From Geosiphon pyriformis uo1 (lineage: Eukaryota > Fungi > Glomeromycota), in the NCBI GenBank assembly GCA_016748015.1, contig JAAOMT010000012.1, positions 62,001 to 126,000 of the forward strand: a DNA stretch of 64,000 nt, in the 5' to 3' direction. A program made the position numbers and the translations under genes. Within the stretch, counting starts at the first letter, position 1. Each line of letters starts with the position of its first letter. Below, in pieces: positions 23,181 through 50,202 of this stretch. Under the pieces are notes generated by a model, which ran no database searches, was not told the DNA's origin, and saw only the letters and a list, made by a program, of their open reading frames with translations.

Positions 23181-25066
23181 TGAAATGAGAAGAGGACCAG
23201 AGGACCCAAACCAGCACATATTTGCTTTAACTTCGCCAAAATCGAGCCAATAGAGGCATCGAGGGCAACCAACTTTGACTCTAAAATGCCAACTTTAGAA
23301 GTTAGCACCTTGGAACTGCTCAGACCCAATTGAGAATTGTTATTGTCAGAAGAAAGAGAAATAGGCTGAATTAAAGGAACATCTAACACCATGTTGAAAC
23401 CTAAATTAGAGTTAGCAACCATAAGAGAATTAGAGATGGATGGGTGAGAAGTACCCACAGAAGGAATTACACTAAAAGGAGAAGCCGAAGGCACCAAACT
23501 GAGATTGTCAAGATGAAAAAGAATGTTTGAAATTCAATCAGATAAGAGCTCCACAGAGCGTTCTAGACGTGCCAAATGTGTACCCAAGGGGGAATCGACC
23601 ATAGAAAAAGGGGGAGGGGTACCACCAGAACTTGAAGCACCAAAGGGCAAAGAACCAGAACCATAAGAGGCTGAAGTGACTGAGACTACTTGGGCCCAGA
23701 ATTTGCCTCCAAAAGCAACAGGACGAGAGATCGGAACCTTCTTTTTAACATATAATCTGGCCAACTATAGATGAGTATCCAAGTTAGCAGGCTTTTTAAA
23801 TAACTTGGGTGACTGAGAAGCTGACGCAACCCCAGCATCACATTCCAAGGCAGAATGACCAAACTTTCCACACCATTTACAGCAAACTAAATCCAATCTA
23901 GCCTATGAGAGTTTCATACCACCAAAGATTGGCTCCGTGCGAAAAGCTAATTCCATAGCTTTATCAGATTCAAAACAGACTACAGCACAGCGAGTTCTAT
24001 TGCCAGTCTCCAATGAACAATTGATGACACAAGTTTTCCCACCGGCCCCTTTCAAAAGAGTTCCAAGATTATGAGCTGTCATTCCCACTGGCAATGTGAA
24101 CAGAAGCGCCCTGAATTGATCCCTAAAAGCCCATGTCTCATGATCTCCCACAGCCTTGGCCACATGCATAGAATCCTTCTCAATTAGGAATGACCATTTT
24201 GATGCTAACAGATTAGCCTGGCTAGATTCGGCAAACTCCACCACAGTCTTCTGCCACAGCCCAATTAACTGAACTTTGATAGACACAATCTGACCATACT
24301 TAGATACTGCAGTGACAATCATCTCTTTTGGCATGTTCATGAGAATCTCTTTTATTACCACAGCCCAATCTGAATACACTCTTTGTCTTTTGAGATTAGT
24401 GTTTATGATGATCCTATTTTCTTCAGCCAATGATGCAGCTTTTTTCATGTTTTCTTCTGATGTGAATGTAGATCTGATGATTCCTTTAAATTTTGAGGGG
24501 GTAGTGGCCCCCCCAAAACCATTGATTTTTGAGAAAATTTTTCTTATGAGCTAAGTCTTTGCTGTCACTGATTTGCCTTCTACATTTGATATATTGATAT
24601 CCAAAGCAAATGATTTCTTAACTGCTATTTCAACTTGAGTCTTAATAATTTTAGGGTCTAACCAAATCCTGTTCAGAGAGATACCAAGAAGAGAAGGGAG
24701 AAAACCACCATCATTATCGTCCATGTTATAATCCAAAGAACCAAGAGGGGAACCGCAGTCCAAATTATTCTTAACTCTCTTTGCCTTAGAAGTCGTTGCA
24801 GCCAAGCCGAGAAGAGAACCATCACCACCACCAGCCAATATGTCACCAGCAACACTGTTACCAGAATCACTTTCTATATTCAAGTATTGACTTTCTTTAG
24901 GACGAGGTTTGGCCAAAGCAGCTTCTTTCTTATCACTAGACTAATTTATATAGCGAAGGAAAACCCTTTTCTTTTGAGAGAAAGGGCCATCAGTAGAACC
25001 AGAAAAAGCACCAACAGGAGCTTTCTTATCTAACATACCACCACTGGGAGCAGCTTCCAGGTCCAC
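23177..25066 (-). pseudogene. LINE ORF1 (RRM-like region and CKWCGKFGHSALEC zinc knuckle)
   Basis: ORF blocks 24551-24916, 23903-24448, 23534-23764 and 23177-23497. CCHC at ~23845-23885. Confidence 0.85.
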
Positions 25067-25196
25067 AATAAATGAATTATTTATAAAAGAAATAGTGAAA
25101 TATAGCAAGTAGAAAAAACAAAAAACAAAGAAACTACTTTCAAAAATGTGCTCTTTGGGGAATTTGGGATATAGGAGAGAAAGAAGTTTTATTGTC

Positions 25197-25229
<33 letters not shown>

Positions 25230-25779
25230 TTATTTATTGATTTTGTAATTATATAAATAATAATAATATTTTTTTAATAATATAAAATATTTTAATATTT
25301 TTAATTATTTTTACACTTTTTTTTAATTATTATTAATATTTTTGGTATTTTTGTTGGTATTTTTGAAATTTTTAGTGTTATATTATTTTATTATTTTTAA
25401 TATATAATTGGTTAATTTATATTATATGTCAATTATTAATTTTTATTTTTATTTTTTTTATAAAAATATTCAATATCAAATTTTCTTTATTTTTTTTTAA
25501 AATCAGTCTATATATTATTAAACTGCTTAATATCAACTAAAATATTACTCAAGTAACTTTTTTTGCAGATTTTTTCTTAATTATAATACTGTTAATAGTA
25601 GCTGTCAAGTCCAATATAAAAGAATTAATGTTTTGTAAAATGTTGAAAAAAATAAAGCAAATTAATTACATGTAAATACATGATAGGATTTATACATTGT
25701 TATTAAATGAGTCATCTTGAATTTGTACTATCTTATTAGCTCAAAAATAAGCGAAAGGTAAACAAACATTATTATTAGC

Positions 25780-38726
<12,947 letters not shown>

Positions 38727-38929
38727 ATATTTAAACCACACCATTATTGTCCTCTTTTTTTCATGTCTCTGAAAAACTCCTCGGATTTGATCTTGTTTCG
38801 GACATGAATTAGCTTTTATAAATTTGCTCGCTTATTCAAAGTCACGATACTGGGATTACTGGACATGTGCCTCATACAGATCAATAAATGTAGACCATTG
38901 TACAAAAATCTTTGTGCACATCAACCGAG

Positions 38930-39439
38930 ATGTTGAATAACATAGTTACCACTTTCGGCAGATTGCCACGAGCCCATCCCACTACACCCTTACTTATAGG
39001 AATCGCAGCCACAATTCTAACTTTAAGCTCTATTTTCATCCCTTCAATCTTTACACGTCGTCAAAAATCATGTTCAAAATCCGAAGAAAATGACCGCTAT
39101 CAAAATAAGGTAAACATTGAAATCGAAACCCAGAGTGACTGGACAATTGAATTGGCGGCCAAAACCGAGGTTTATGTTCAAGCTGCTCACGAGTTAAAGG
39201 CCAAGGCCCAGTTGTTGCAAGAAGTGGCAAAAAGTGGGTTTCGAAGGCTTTGTGAGCATCGAGAACGGTCGGAAAGGGAAAACCTGGAAGCATGGCAAAC
39301 AATATACCGAGAAAGGCGATTAATCTTTCAGGAACGTGCTGGGTATTTACAGGAACAAATTCGTTTGCTTGAGGAGAACCAGCAGTTGGAAGAAGAATAT
39401 AATGCTTTAATCAAACTCCAAAGGGATTTTTGGCCTTAA
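38930..39439 (+). CDS. Uncharacterised 169-aa protein with N-terminal TM segment and C-terminal coiled coil
   Basis: Intronless ORF with gene-like GC content; hydrophobic LLIGIAATILTLSSIFIPSIF; E/Q/L-rich C-terminus. Confidence 0.6.
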   Translation: MLNNIVTTFGRLPRAHPTTPLLIGIAATILTLSSIFIPSIFTRRQKSCSKSEENDRYQNKVNIEIETQSDWTIELAAKTEVYVQAAHELKAKAQLLQEVAKSGFRRLCEHRERSERENLEAWQTIYRERRLIFQERAGYLQEQIRLLEENQQLEEEYNALIKLQRDFWP

Positions 39440-40789
39440 TAAAGGGAAATTGAGGATTTCTGACAAAGGATTATTTCGATCTGTGAAAAACACTTGCCAT
39501 TCCTAAATCGAAGGAATTTATTATGTCTTGAACATTTTTATTTCATTTATAGAAATTACATGTTTTACTTGTATATGTATTTCTAAACCCTGTTTTTGCA
39601 CTGTTACGTTTGTATTTTTTGGTATAAAAAATTAAAATTATACTCTAATACTTTTTTGAGTGCTATTTACTTATGCATTTTTTTTTTGCAATTATCAACA
39701 TCAATCATATAATTTGAAATACAATAAATAAAATTAAATGTTGTCATTTATTGTTTAATTTATATATAGTAAAAACTTTTATAGTTTAAGTTTATAAATA
39801 ACAATAAAAATTTTTCAGATTTATTTTTTAAAACTATTTGTGTTGTTAAATTTATAATAAAATAGTTAATTTTATACTATTAAAATCTTTGTATAATTAT
39901 TTTGCAGTAAAAATCAACTTTTTTACAAAAATTTTTCTTAATAATATGTAATTATTTTACTATAAAAATCAACTTTTTTACAAAAAATTTTGATTATAGA
40001 CTACTTAATAATATAAAAAAAATTCAAATAAAAAAATATAATTTAAACATTAAAAATTATATTATTCTATTTTAAAAAATTATTTATAATATTATAAATG
40101 CTTTAATAATATAGAAAAATAAAAAAAAATGTTTTTATTAAAAAAAACATTTTCAGTTTAAGTTTAAAATAATTAAATTATTATTAAAATTAATTAAAAA
40201 TTAGTTTTAAAATATTAATTATAATAAAAGTTTGCTTTTTAAAATAAAATTTTTATTTTTGATAATTTATATTTGCTAATTTTATAAATTAATTTAAAAC
40301 TTAATATATTTTTTTATATAATTAATTATTATTATAAGATTGTTTTCTTAATATATTTAATATTAATAGTTTTAATTAAAATTATGATCAGTTTTTTATA
40401 AGTTTTTTAATTTTGGTTGTATAATATTAATAATATTATAATAAAAATTTTTTTAAAATCTTTATTGTATTATATATAATATATTTTTTTTAAAAAACTA
40501 ATTTAAATTTATTTATTGCTATTAAAACGTTTTTTTAAATTAAAAACATAAAAATATTAATAATTTTTAACATTTTTCTTAAATAAAACAATAAAATTTT
40601 TTATTAATTAATAATAATATGAATGATTTTAATCAAAGATTATTTTTTCAAAAAATTCAGTTAATAAATATTATAATTAGATAATTTTTTATATTATTTA
40701 TGATTTTTAATAAATTTTGAATTATAATATTATCTTATTTTTAAATATTAATTGTTAACTTAATTAATAATTTAATTATTAAAACTAAA

Positions 40790-41880
40790 TTATAAATATT
40801 TATTTTGGCTTTGCAATATGTGTTAATTTATTAGAATATTTTTATTGTATTAAATAATTAAGCTGTTTTAAACATATACAAATTGAATTTTAAAAGCAAA
40901 AAATCTGATTTTTATAACAAATATTAAATTAAAAAATGTTAAATAATTAATTTAGTTAAAAAAAAAACTTAATATATAATAATTTAAAAATAATATTATA
41001 AATCTCTTAATTTATAAAACTGTAAATTCTAATTGTATTTTGCCAATTAAAATTGGTAATAAATGTTTTATATTTAATAATATAATTATTTTTGATAATA
41101 CTAAATTTTGCTAATTGGAAATTAAGCTGTGCTATAAAGTATATTGATCCAAATTTGACTGAAAATATAAATGGTTTTGGTTTGGCATTCTAATAATTAC
41201 ATCTAATCTGGTCGTTTTTTCTGAATTTACTAGTCAAAGCTTTTTACAAAAAATTGCCAAAAATGATTGTACAATTCCAAATATCTTAGTGTCTTTTGTA
41301 TTTAATGTGAAAAAAAAGAGAATTCAAATCACGTCTTTTTGTGTAAGAAGTTTCTAATTGTGTAAGGTTTTGGGAGAGTTCTTTTGAAGGATTCAAATAT
41401 ATTGCAATTTTTGGTTGGGGCAGGTGATAATGATGATGTTTACATGGCCATTGCTAGGAGCTTGGTTTTTAAGGTTTGGACTAAGAAACCTACTTCTATA
41501 ATGAAGAACACTAAAGTGGCATTGTCCAGCCATAGAAATTGGGTTTGGTTGCCAAATTCTAAATTGAGGGCTGAGTATGAGAAAAAGGGATTAATCATTG
41601 ATGAGGGTTTCGTGATTGTAGATCTCTAGTTTGAACGTTAAAAAAAGACTTGTTTAGTATTGGTTTGAAAAGGGGTCGATTGATGTGTTTTGGTTTCGCG
41701 AAGGGAAATCGTTTGATTTCTGATCTGTTTTTTGAGGCTTTGAAGTCTGCCCAAGGCTGTTCGTGCAGGTTTTTCTGTTTTGTTTGTTTAGTGTAGTCTT
41801 GATCAGCTCGGGTAGCTGGTCACATGTAGCAAGTGCTTGAGCTGCGCCTAATTTAGAGTATTCCTTGTTTCATAGTTAAC
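40790..41880 (+). mobile_element. LINE copy 3, decayed 3' fragment (diverged relative)
   Basis: LVKAFYKKLP, YLSVFCI.CEKKENSNHVFLC (CCHC) and VWLPNSKLRAEYEKKGLI, plus the same 3' UTR motif as copies 1 and 2. Confidence 0.75.
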
Positions 41881-42245
41881 TGTATGATATTTGGGAAATC
41901 GTAAAAACAAGTTAAAGGAGATATTTATTTCGCGATTTTAAACCTAATAAACATTTTATTGATAGGCATTATTAAGCAAATCTCTTCATTGGTCACCTAA
42001 TGGTAATAGAACTAAAATATGAGAGAAAATAATCAGTTCTATTCTTAATTTTATGTGCCTATAACCATTAATTTAAAAAGAATAATTTCACTTTTCTCTT
42101 ATCCATTTAGATCATCCATTTGGTAATATAGAATAGATGCCTAGTTTTTTTCAGTCTAACAACAAAAATGAATCTATTAAGTTACATTATTAATTGTGTT
42201 TTTTCTATAATAAAGATTGAAGGTTTTTAAATTGCAGATCCTCGG

Positions 42246-45200
42246 TTAGAAATAGTTCATCTCCTACGTTAAGAAATCTCGCGGTTAGCAGTGCAAACCT
42301 ATAAAATTAAAGGCAGTTTTAGATTCTCAGTTCCTTACTTGTAATGTTTTTAGTTTATGGGGATCAATAGAATTCCATAATGTCGTCTTTAATTCATTAG
42401 ATAAGCTTCCAAAGATAACTTTGAGTGCATTCACCATTCTTGTAGCGAGATCTTCTGATAAGATTCCAGCCGATAGAACATCAGTGAAAACAGTAAAAAT
42501 TCGGGGGATATTTTCATGATTGTTTCCAAATATGCCAGGGTGTTGTCTAGGATAAATAAAAAGATGGCTTTTAGTTGAAACATCAAAATGCAATCTACCT
42601 TTAAATAACTCACGCTTCTAATAAATCCAGAAGATAGGAATATGAAAGAGGTGCTTCTTCCTCATCGTTGAGAATAGGGAGGGCAGCAAACCAGGAGGGT
42701 ATTACTGAATTGACGTCGAATTTACTGCTGTTAAACTTGAGTATTTTTGTAACGGCTGACGTGGCATTCTCAGTGGCATATATGTTTTCTTCGGTCCGTG
42801 AGTCACTTGCATTAATAATTTGAAAGAGAGGATTTAAAGAAACTATTGAAATGCAAATGATTCAATATTAATAGTTCAAAACGCATGATTCAAAGGAATA
42901 ATAATAGGCGTCAAGGAATTTAAGAATCATACCTGCTGAGGCCTCTGCATAATTTTCCCCGCCAAATTGAGCACAAACACCTATACCATATGCCGCCGCT
43001 TGCCTTACATCGGGAGCTTGGAGGGTAGAATACTAATTTAGTCTATATATACAATTAACTTAATAGCCCTTAAAAAGAAAAGAAAAGAAAAAACTAGAAA
43101 CCTGGGTCTAACAACAAAGCAATCATTTTTTCTAAGAAATGACCTTGATAATTCCAGGATGCTGGACCGGTGAATTCGACCACATCATCAATAAAACATA
43201 AAGCCCATTGTCTAGTTGCAGGATTGGAATCGGCTAAAAAACTCGTAACAATGGGAAGCAACTTTTCAAAGGAGGGCAAATAAGCTGATCTATGTGTTTT
43301 TAAGATAACATGTAAGGCTTTTGAAAGCTCGCTGAGAACACCTTCTTCGGTCGCTTCTTCTTCTAAGATAATATCTTCATCTTCGGCATCATAATCACCA
43401 CTTTGCCGTGCTTCTTCGCGTTGTTTCAGTCTTTCAAAAAAGTCTTTCAACTGAGATTCCGTAGCTTTAGTAAAGCTTTCAAGTTCAATAGGGGTCAAAC
43501 TGTTTTCACCGGCGGTCTCTAAGGATTCGTAAAACGTGACATACCATTGCCATAAAAAGGTGGGATCAGTTTCTGTTGCAATTATTTCAATGACCTTCTC
43601 CGCAATTCGATGCCACATATTAAGAAGATATTCCCGGGAAGCTCCGCCCTTCTTGACCGAGTTAAGGAGATGTGGAATTGATGCAGCAGCAGCATGTCGC
43701 ACACCATCATGGAAATAAAATTTGAGGAGGGGCAAAACGATATCCAGAACGTTTTCAACGTAAGGCTGGAAAGCGGGACCAAGCTCTCGAGCATAACAGA
43801 TGAGCATTTCAACAGCGGTACATTTTTCTTCTAACACGGTCGTTTTGATGCCAATTTGCTTTAAGGGAAGGTAATTTAGTTTTCCATATAAAGACACAAT
43901 AGAAATAATGTTTGAATACGTTATTGTACCTGTCCCGCAACCCCAATAAATTCCCATCCGTCATCTGCTGAATATTTGGACTCGATATCTTCATCGGCTA
44001 AATAAATTAAAAGTGTTCAGTAAGGTGCACGAAGCCGAATATTGTGATTATATTTGCAGCTTACGATCCAATACAGCAAAGTCAGGTTTTAATTGAGCAG
44101 ATTGTAAAAGAGGAGGCATAACGATCGGCAGATAAGGAACGAAATCAGCTTCAAGGACTTTGCAGACCCTAGCCCAGCATGCAATTAGATAGGAAATTTG
44201 AGGGTCGTCAGGTTCGCTCACAGTTTCTGAAAATTTTCGTCAAAATAATTAAAGACTGGAATGCAATAAACCTAGATTCACTATTTGCATCACTCACGTT
44301 GGGTCTGGGCGAGCAATTCAATGAACTCATTTGCATTGGTTGCGAAGGTTTCCTTCCCAACTGCCAATGCTAAATCGTGTAGAAGATCTCAATGTCTGAT
44401 CCCAAATATGTGTCAAAGTGCAAGTGATTGAGATCCTTGCCAAGTGTGGGTCTTACCGATAAGGCTAGCACATTCCATTGCTTTGCCGCGTAATAAACGA
44501 TATTCTTTCTGATGAGCATTTCTCAACACGTTTATCAACAGAGGCATTATAGCACTGTAATACTAAATAGATATGTTGGTAGTTGGTTTCGAGCCGCATT
44601 TGTCCAACAACACAAAAGCACCCTCTCACTTTAACGAATCGATCTTCAGCACTGTCTGCGACCGTAGCGATCGTCGTAATGGCTTGTTCTTGGACATAGG
44701 TTCTCCCTGAATTCAAAAGAACGAGAAGTCTTTCAAATATTGTATCTAAATATGGCTCCAGTATAGATTTGTCAGCTGCTTCACAAAAATTTACTAGAGC
44801 GGCGGCCGCGTGCGCTTGAACCCTAGCAACCAATATATAGTGATTATGTTATTCAGGACGTTATAAATGATGTAAATCATAATCAAACCATAATCAATTA
44901 CCTTGGCTCTGGTGCGGCCATAACAGGAATCAGATGCGTTAGCACCAGTTGGTGGAATTTCTTTTGTAAAGTGTCCTGAAAATCTGTTGACATTTGACCA
45001 ATTGCATTGCAGGCAGCGTATCGCACACGAGGATGGGGATCTCGTAGGTAAGGTGATACGAGCCTTTAACAAATATTTTGAGGAAATATTTAACATTCAA
45101 TGTTAAAAAACGGTAGATGATGTGCCTGATAATACTTTACTCAATGATTTTTCCCAATTCATCTTTCATTATTTTAATGCAACCTTCCCCAATAGCAGAG

Positions 45201-46932
45201 ATTGCCATCAAAGCCGCATGACGTTGCACCCATCTCTCGGAGCCTAACATGGTAGGAATATATTGGAAAGTGATGGGAAGCACTGCCTTTCCCCCTATAG
45301 TTCCAAGTGACCATAATTTTGACAATCGTGGGAATCAGAGAATATTCTGCAATAATCAAGGATTGGTATGATTAAATCTAAAAAATCGGGCGAACTACCT
45401 AAATGTCGCGCCAATCTGTCCATCGCATGCTCTCCAATGACATAATTTTCATCATTGTCATCATCCTCAAGCTAAAAGACAATACATTTTAAACTTTGAT
45501 CAAAGTAAAAAAATCTTGCGATCCTAAGGAAACTTACGTCATCAGTAGTATACCAATCTTCGAAATCTTCAAGCTCCGTCATCATTTCTAATGCAATCGG
45601 AATTACTTGAGCGCAAAAATCAGGAGTTTTGCGCATCATAGAAGGTGAGGCTTCAGATAATGTTAGCAAAAGTTCAAGTGCTGTCTGTCGAGTGCCGTCT
45701 TCTAAAGATTTATCCTTCATAAGATTAACCGCGAAAGGGAGAACATTGATAAGCACCGGCTTAAATACTCTAGGCAGATTTTCGCCTAATTCGATGAAGA
45801 CCATAATTCCATCAACCAGCCCGTCTTCATCACGTTGAGCCACAAGGGGAGAAAGCACCTTTGGTTATAGATTTCATAGATAAAATGAGCTCAACAAAAG
45901 GAAATGGAGTATCTGTTTACAAATAACATTTTATAGCAATATTTTCTAATTACATGAACTAAAAATTTTCCAATTTAATATTAATGTACCTCAAGCATCT
46001 GTGGCATTAATTCGGCAAATGAAATACAGCTTTGCTTATCTGCTTCAAGCATAAACGCAACGGCAGCCTTTAATGCTGCCATACGACCCTGAATAAAAAA
46101 TACTCAAGATTGAACGGGCTCATGATTTCAATAAAATTTCCAAGTTTGATAAAATACAAACATACAGCCGGACTATGAATATCTTGCAAGTTTGCTGAAA
46201 AAATTTGCTTCAAAATATCAGTGGGTTGATCGGTTATAAGATTTGGCACCGCTGAAAAAATCCTGAACGCTGCTTCTCGGTGTTCAGCAGATGGAGATTC
46301 GCTAGCTTCAAATAGGGCGGGAAGTAATTCAGTCCATTTTTCTAACAGATTAAAAATTTTAAATTTAAATATTAAAGAGTATTGCGATTCGAGTCAAATT
46401 AAAATATCAATGAATTACTCACGCCCTTTCAAAAATGAATTTTTGGCCACCTCAGAGACCGCATCACAGACTTTATGACGAACCGTATTTTCTTGTTCGA
46501 CAGATAAAGAGATCAGCAAATCATTCTTGATGGCCTGTCGGCTTGTTTCTTGCAAAAGATCCCATATTGTTAATTCTTCCCCCTTCGAAGCCTGACTTTG
46601 TGCTTTGAAAGCAATCCTCCGAATCAAAACGAAAGAAAAGGAACGCCCCTGTAACCAAGATCACATCAAAATGAACTGTCCATTTTCATCTTTCATATCA
46701 AAACTTTGGTGAAATTAACTTTTTTTTGCCTCACATGTGTAGCTTCATGGTTTCTTCCGAGCTGTGCAAGCCCAACTAACAATAAATCCGGTCTTTGGGC
46801 AATCCACTGCTCATTAAGCTGCTGTTCTGCGGCGGATCGTAAACTGTTATCATTAGAAGCCAAATTTGATAGAACTTGGTTTAGCTGCAAGATTGTGTCA
46901 GGAGGAATGTGAGCGGAAGGTATAGTTGTCAT
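42246..46932 (-). CDS. PSE1: Importin beta-3 / importin-5 (Pse1/Kap121) HEAT-repeat karyopherin, multi-exon
   Basis: [67 protein letters not shown]. Canonical GT-AG introns traced; last exon EMNYF-stop. Confidence 0.92.
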
Positions 46933-47366
46933 TGGCAGGCTTGTTTTGAGAGATCACCAAAATGCCCGAGTGATCATCAAGAAGAAGCGTGATTTCACGA
47001 GGCGCGGCGAATCGGAACAGCAAACAGTTAGTAAAATATTTGAGAAAATTAAGTTCAGGAAGTTTTGTCAGTTTCGCGTACAGCTTTAATATACACCTTT
47101 GACGGTTGGTGATGGACGAAAAGGCTTATTAGAATGGAGAGGTCTGGTGCAATCCAAGGTTAAACACGACTCAAATTTGTGAAAAAAAACAGGTGACGTC
47201 TCACTTTCAAAAGATGGACTCTTAAAAAACGTATCAAAGGTATGTATCGTGATGATGAAAAGTATATCTCTTCATCATCTTGCTTGATTTGATTATGATT
47301 ATGACGACGAAGAATTAACTTTACAATATTCATTTTAAGGTGAGCACGTTTAAAGCTCTAGAGAAT

Positions 47367-49377
47367 CTACAAACTACCTTCAATATACTCATCGTCATTA
47401 ATGTTGAGATCTTCGAGTAATTCCCCCAAATTAACATCAGGAAAATTTTCTTCATCTTCTTCATCCTCATCTTTTTTTTCATTTATTTCTAAATTACCAT
47501 CTAAATCCATTTCAATATTTTTATTACCCCTTGGATTTGGGTTTTTGTATAAATTAATCGTTTGGCGTAGTTCCGGATCTTCTTCCAAATCTCTCAAAAA
47601 CATCTCGAGATCTTGTTCCATTCTTTCAGACTCTTGCTTTCTAGGAGCCATTTCTTCTTGTTCCTTTGCTAAAGATTTAAGTTTCCAATTTCTGCTCTTA
47701 ATCTTTTTACGTCTATTTGGGAAAGATTTTTTTATCAAAATCACATCGGGGAGTTCATTACGATTGAGAGTGTCATATACGTTGTTATTGAAGTTCGAAG
47801 ATGAGAGATCATATCCTAAAGCGGTGTCACCGGGATGAAGAATTCCACCTAGATGTGAGCGAGCAAAACTTGTTGTATCATTTCTTCCAAAATCACTTGT
47901 TCTTGCAACTTGTATGTCTGCTAGAACAAACTGATGTATTAAAGGGAAAAGAAGGTTGATAAATGATCCGTATTCTAAATTGAAAATTCATCAAATTATA
48001 CATTTTGCAAAATTAATACCTTCCCACGCACGGGCCCCAATGGTTCTACATCCAAGACATAATATTCGGTCAATTCTTTGGGGGTTGCCAAAGAGGTGAA
48101 TGGTATTCTCCAAAACACAGTGGTAGGTATATCACCAACTGAATCAAAAGTAGTTGGATATGATTAAATGTTGAATTAGTAACCATTGTAGTCTAAAGGG
48201 TACTACCGACATACCTGCCAAGGTGTTAGGATCCATTATATGTATGGAATTACCGATACGATAACAAACCACTAGGGGGCTTGGGAAAAGGTATGAAGAT
48301 TAGACTGGATCGCTAGAAAGCAATTAATTGGGGATTCAAATTACTACTAACCTAATATTCCCCAGTGATCGAGCCACCTTTAATGGTAGACACACTAAAT
48401 CGTCCTTACATATAGGAACAATCTCAACAGAATATGAGAATTTGTAATTAGAAATATTGCTATGAATATCGGTAGAGATAAGCTGTTCTGATGTTTTGAA
48501 CCTGATTATAAAAATATCAAAAATTTTGATTAGAAAGGCAAAAACGAGATCAAGAAATATCGGCTGTAAATCAGGAGAGCCTACTTAATCGGAACAACTG
48601 CATTGAGAAATTCAACCATTTTAATTGCGTGGGATCTCTGTGCATAAAAAAAGTCAATTCCATCTTTGACTTCTTTTATGTTAATTGTATCCTTGTGTGC
48701 GTTATGCTTTAGAATAAGCTGTTCCAAGTATAAGAAGGTTCTTTTATGATTGACCTTTTGTCTGACTTGGACGATGGCTTGCCAAGTATTCTGAGCCATA
48801 ACACGCGCGCAATCATTACATTGTTGGTGGCTAACAACGAATTCCACTTCGAATATTTGTTGCAAAATTGTAGAGGCAAAAACCTGAAAATCATCAAGTG
48901 TATGATAAATAAAAATGAAATTTGCAAATCATTCAGCGATTTAAAGCATTGAGACGAGGGTCAAACGTTACCTCTTTTTGAATAGTTAGCTTTAATTTAA
49001 CTCGTTTAGAATGTGGCTCAGTCCAAATGAATCCAGCATCTATGAGCTTCACCTTTGTCAAGCCCTTTAATTTTTTCAAACATAAACCTAATAATTCCCT
49101 ACTTTCCAATTGTGCAGAAATCCAAATAGCGGGAGGTTGGAGATACCGCTCACAATTTCTGCAAAAATACAAGGTTCCTTGTTTCGGTATTCCTTCGGTA
49201 ATGTCAACCTCATTTCGTATGCAATTGAGGCACATATTGGAAGGATTGGGAGGAATGGCTGTTCCACATTGGCAGCATAGGCTATATTCCTTGTGAGTTA
49301 GTTGAGAAGTCAAAAATTGATGGGCTTTGACTCTTTACTTACATTAATTGTTCGGTTACTAAAGGAGAGTAATCCAT
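47367..49377 (-). CDS. NMD3: 60S ribosomal export adaptor NMD3, multi-exon
   Basis: CCQCG..IPPNPSNMCLNC, FCRNCERYLQPP, LESRELL..CLKKLKGL, DAGFIWTEPHSKR, FLRDLEEDPELR. Confidence 0.95.
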
Positions 49378-50202
49378 TTTGTAGTGACTACAGTTAAAAA
49401 ATACGAAAATTGGTCTTTTTCAAGATTTTTTTGATATTGTAGCAATTTCAAATATTATACTTCTAGAAAAATCACCGCACCAGTGTGAAGGAGTTCCCCG
49501 ATTGGGGTATCTAGCATCAAATACTAATTTAGGGCCTTTTTTTTTTTTATTTTTTTTCCCGAACTCTGATATTTGATGAGAACTGCGGTACGGCACTTTT
49601 TAATTAATACAGTAGATAATCAAATAACTTGTAGGATCTTATTGCATGTATAGCCAAATAATATAGGATTTTCGAGTAACAGAAGTTAATAATTCCATTG
49701 TACATTGAAATTTCAGTTCAATAATAACGCGAGAAAAGATAGAAAAATCTTTTTCAAATTTTCACTTCTGAGCCTCCTCTCCACACACACAATGTTTCTG
49801 ATTTCGTAATAGTTGTTTTAAAGCTTTCAAATGATTTAACCACAGGCTAATTCCTCTCCAGCAGACTGATAGTTGTGACGTCCAAATGGCTTTTGGACTG
49901 CTGGTGAGGTTGACTACCTAAAGCTGCGACCATTGAGACGTCTTTCACCTTTGTTGGCTTATATAATTGTGTTTGTCATAGGCACCTATTTATACGACCT
50001 TAGATTTTGATGTTTTGCAATAGATCGTCGTTCGGTATTCCCATTTTTAGTTTCAGGAGAAAACATTAAACTTCTAAAGTTGCGACTCTTTGAGGTTATT
50101 TTGTAATTCTCTTCCTGTTCCATACAACTCAATTGGCCATTAAGTAAACTCTTAAAAGTTAAAGTACCTTCTCTGTTAGCGAACCTTTTCAGTGGTCATA
50201 AA

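Larger units (their letters stand above)
18345..25200 (-). mobile_element. LINE copy 2, near full length (ORF1 with CCHC; ORF2 APE-RT-RNase H-CCHC; 3' UTR; A/TAA-rich tail)
   Basis: WKIATCNIRG, ILGGDFN and TIDYVF (APE); QDMYKAYDSV and AFIDDT (RT); VYTDGS, ELQAI and FSDSQ (RNase H). Few in-frame stops. Confidence 0.95.

Noticed and set aside
49865-49905. Possible hammerhead ribozyme or SECIS element
   Set aside because: Lacks the CUGANGA/GAAA core and the SECIS GA quartet spacing.
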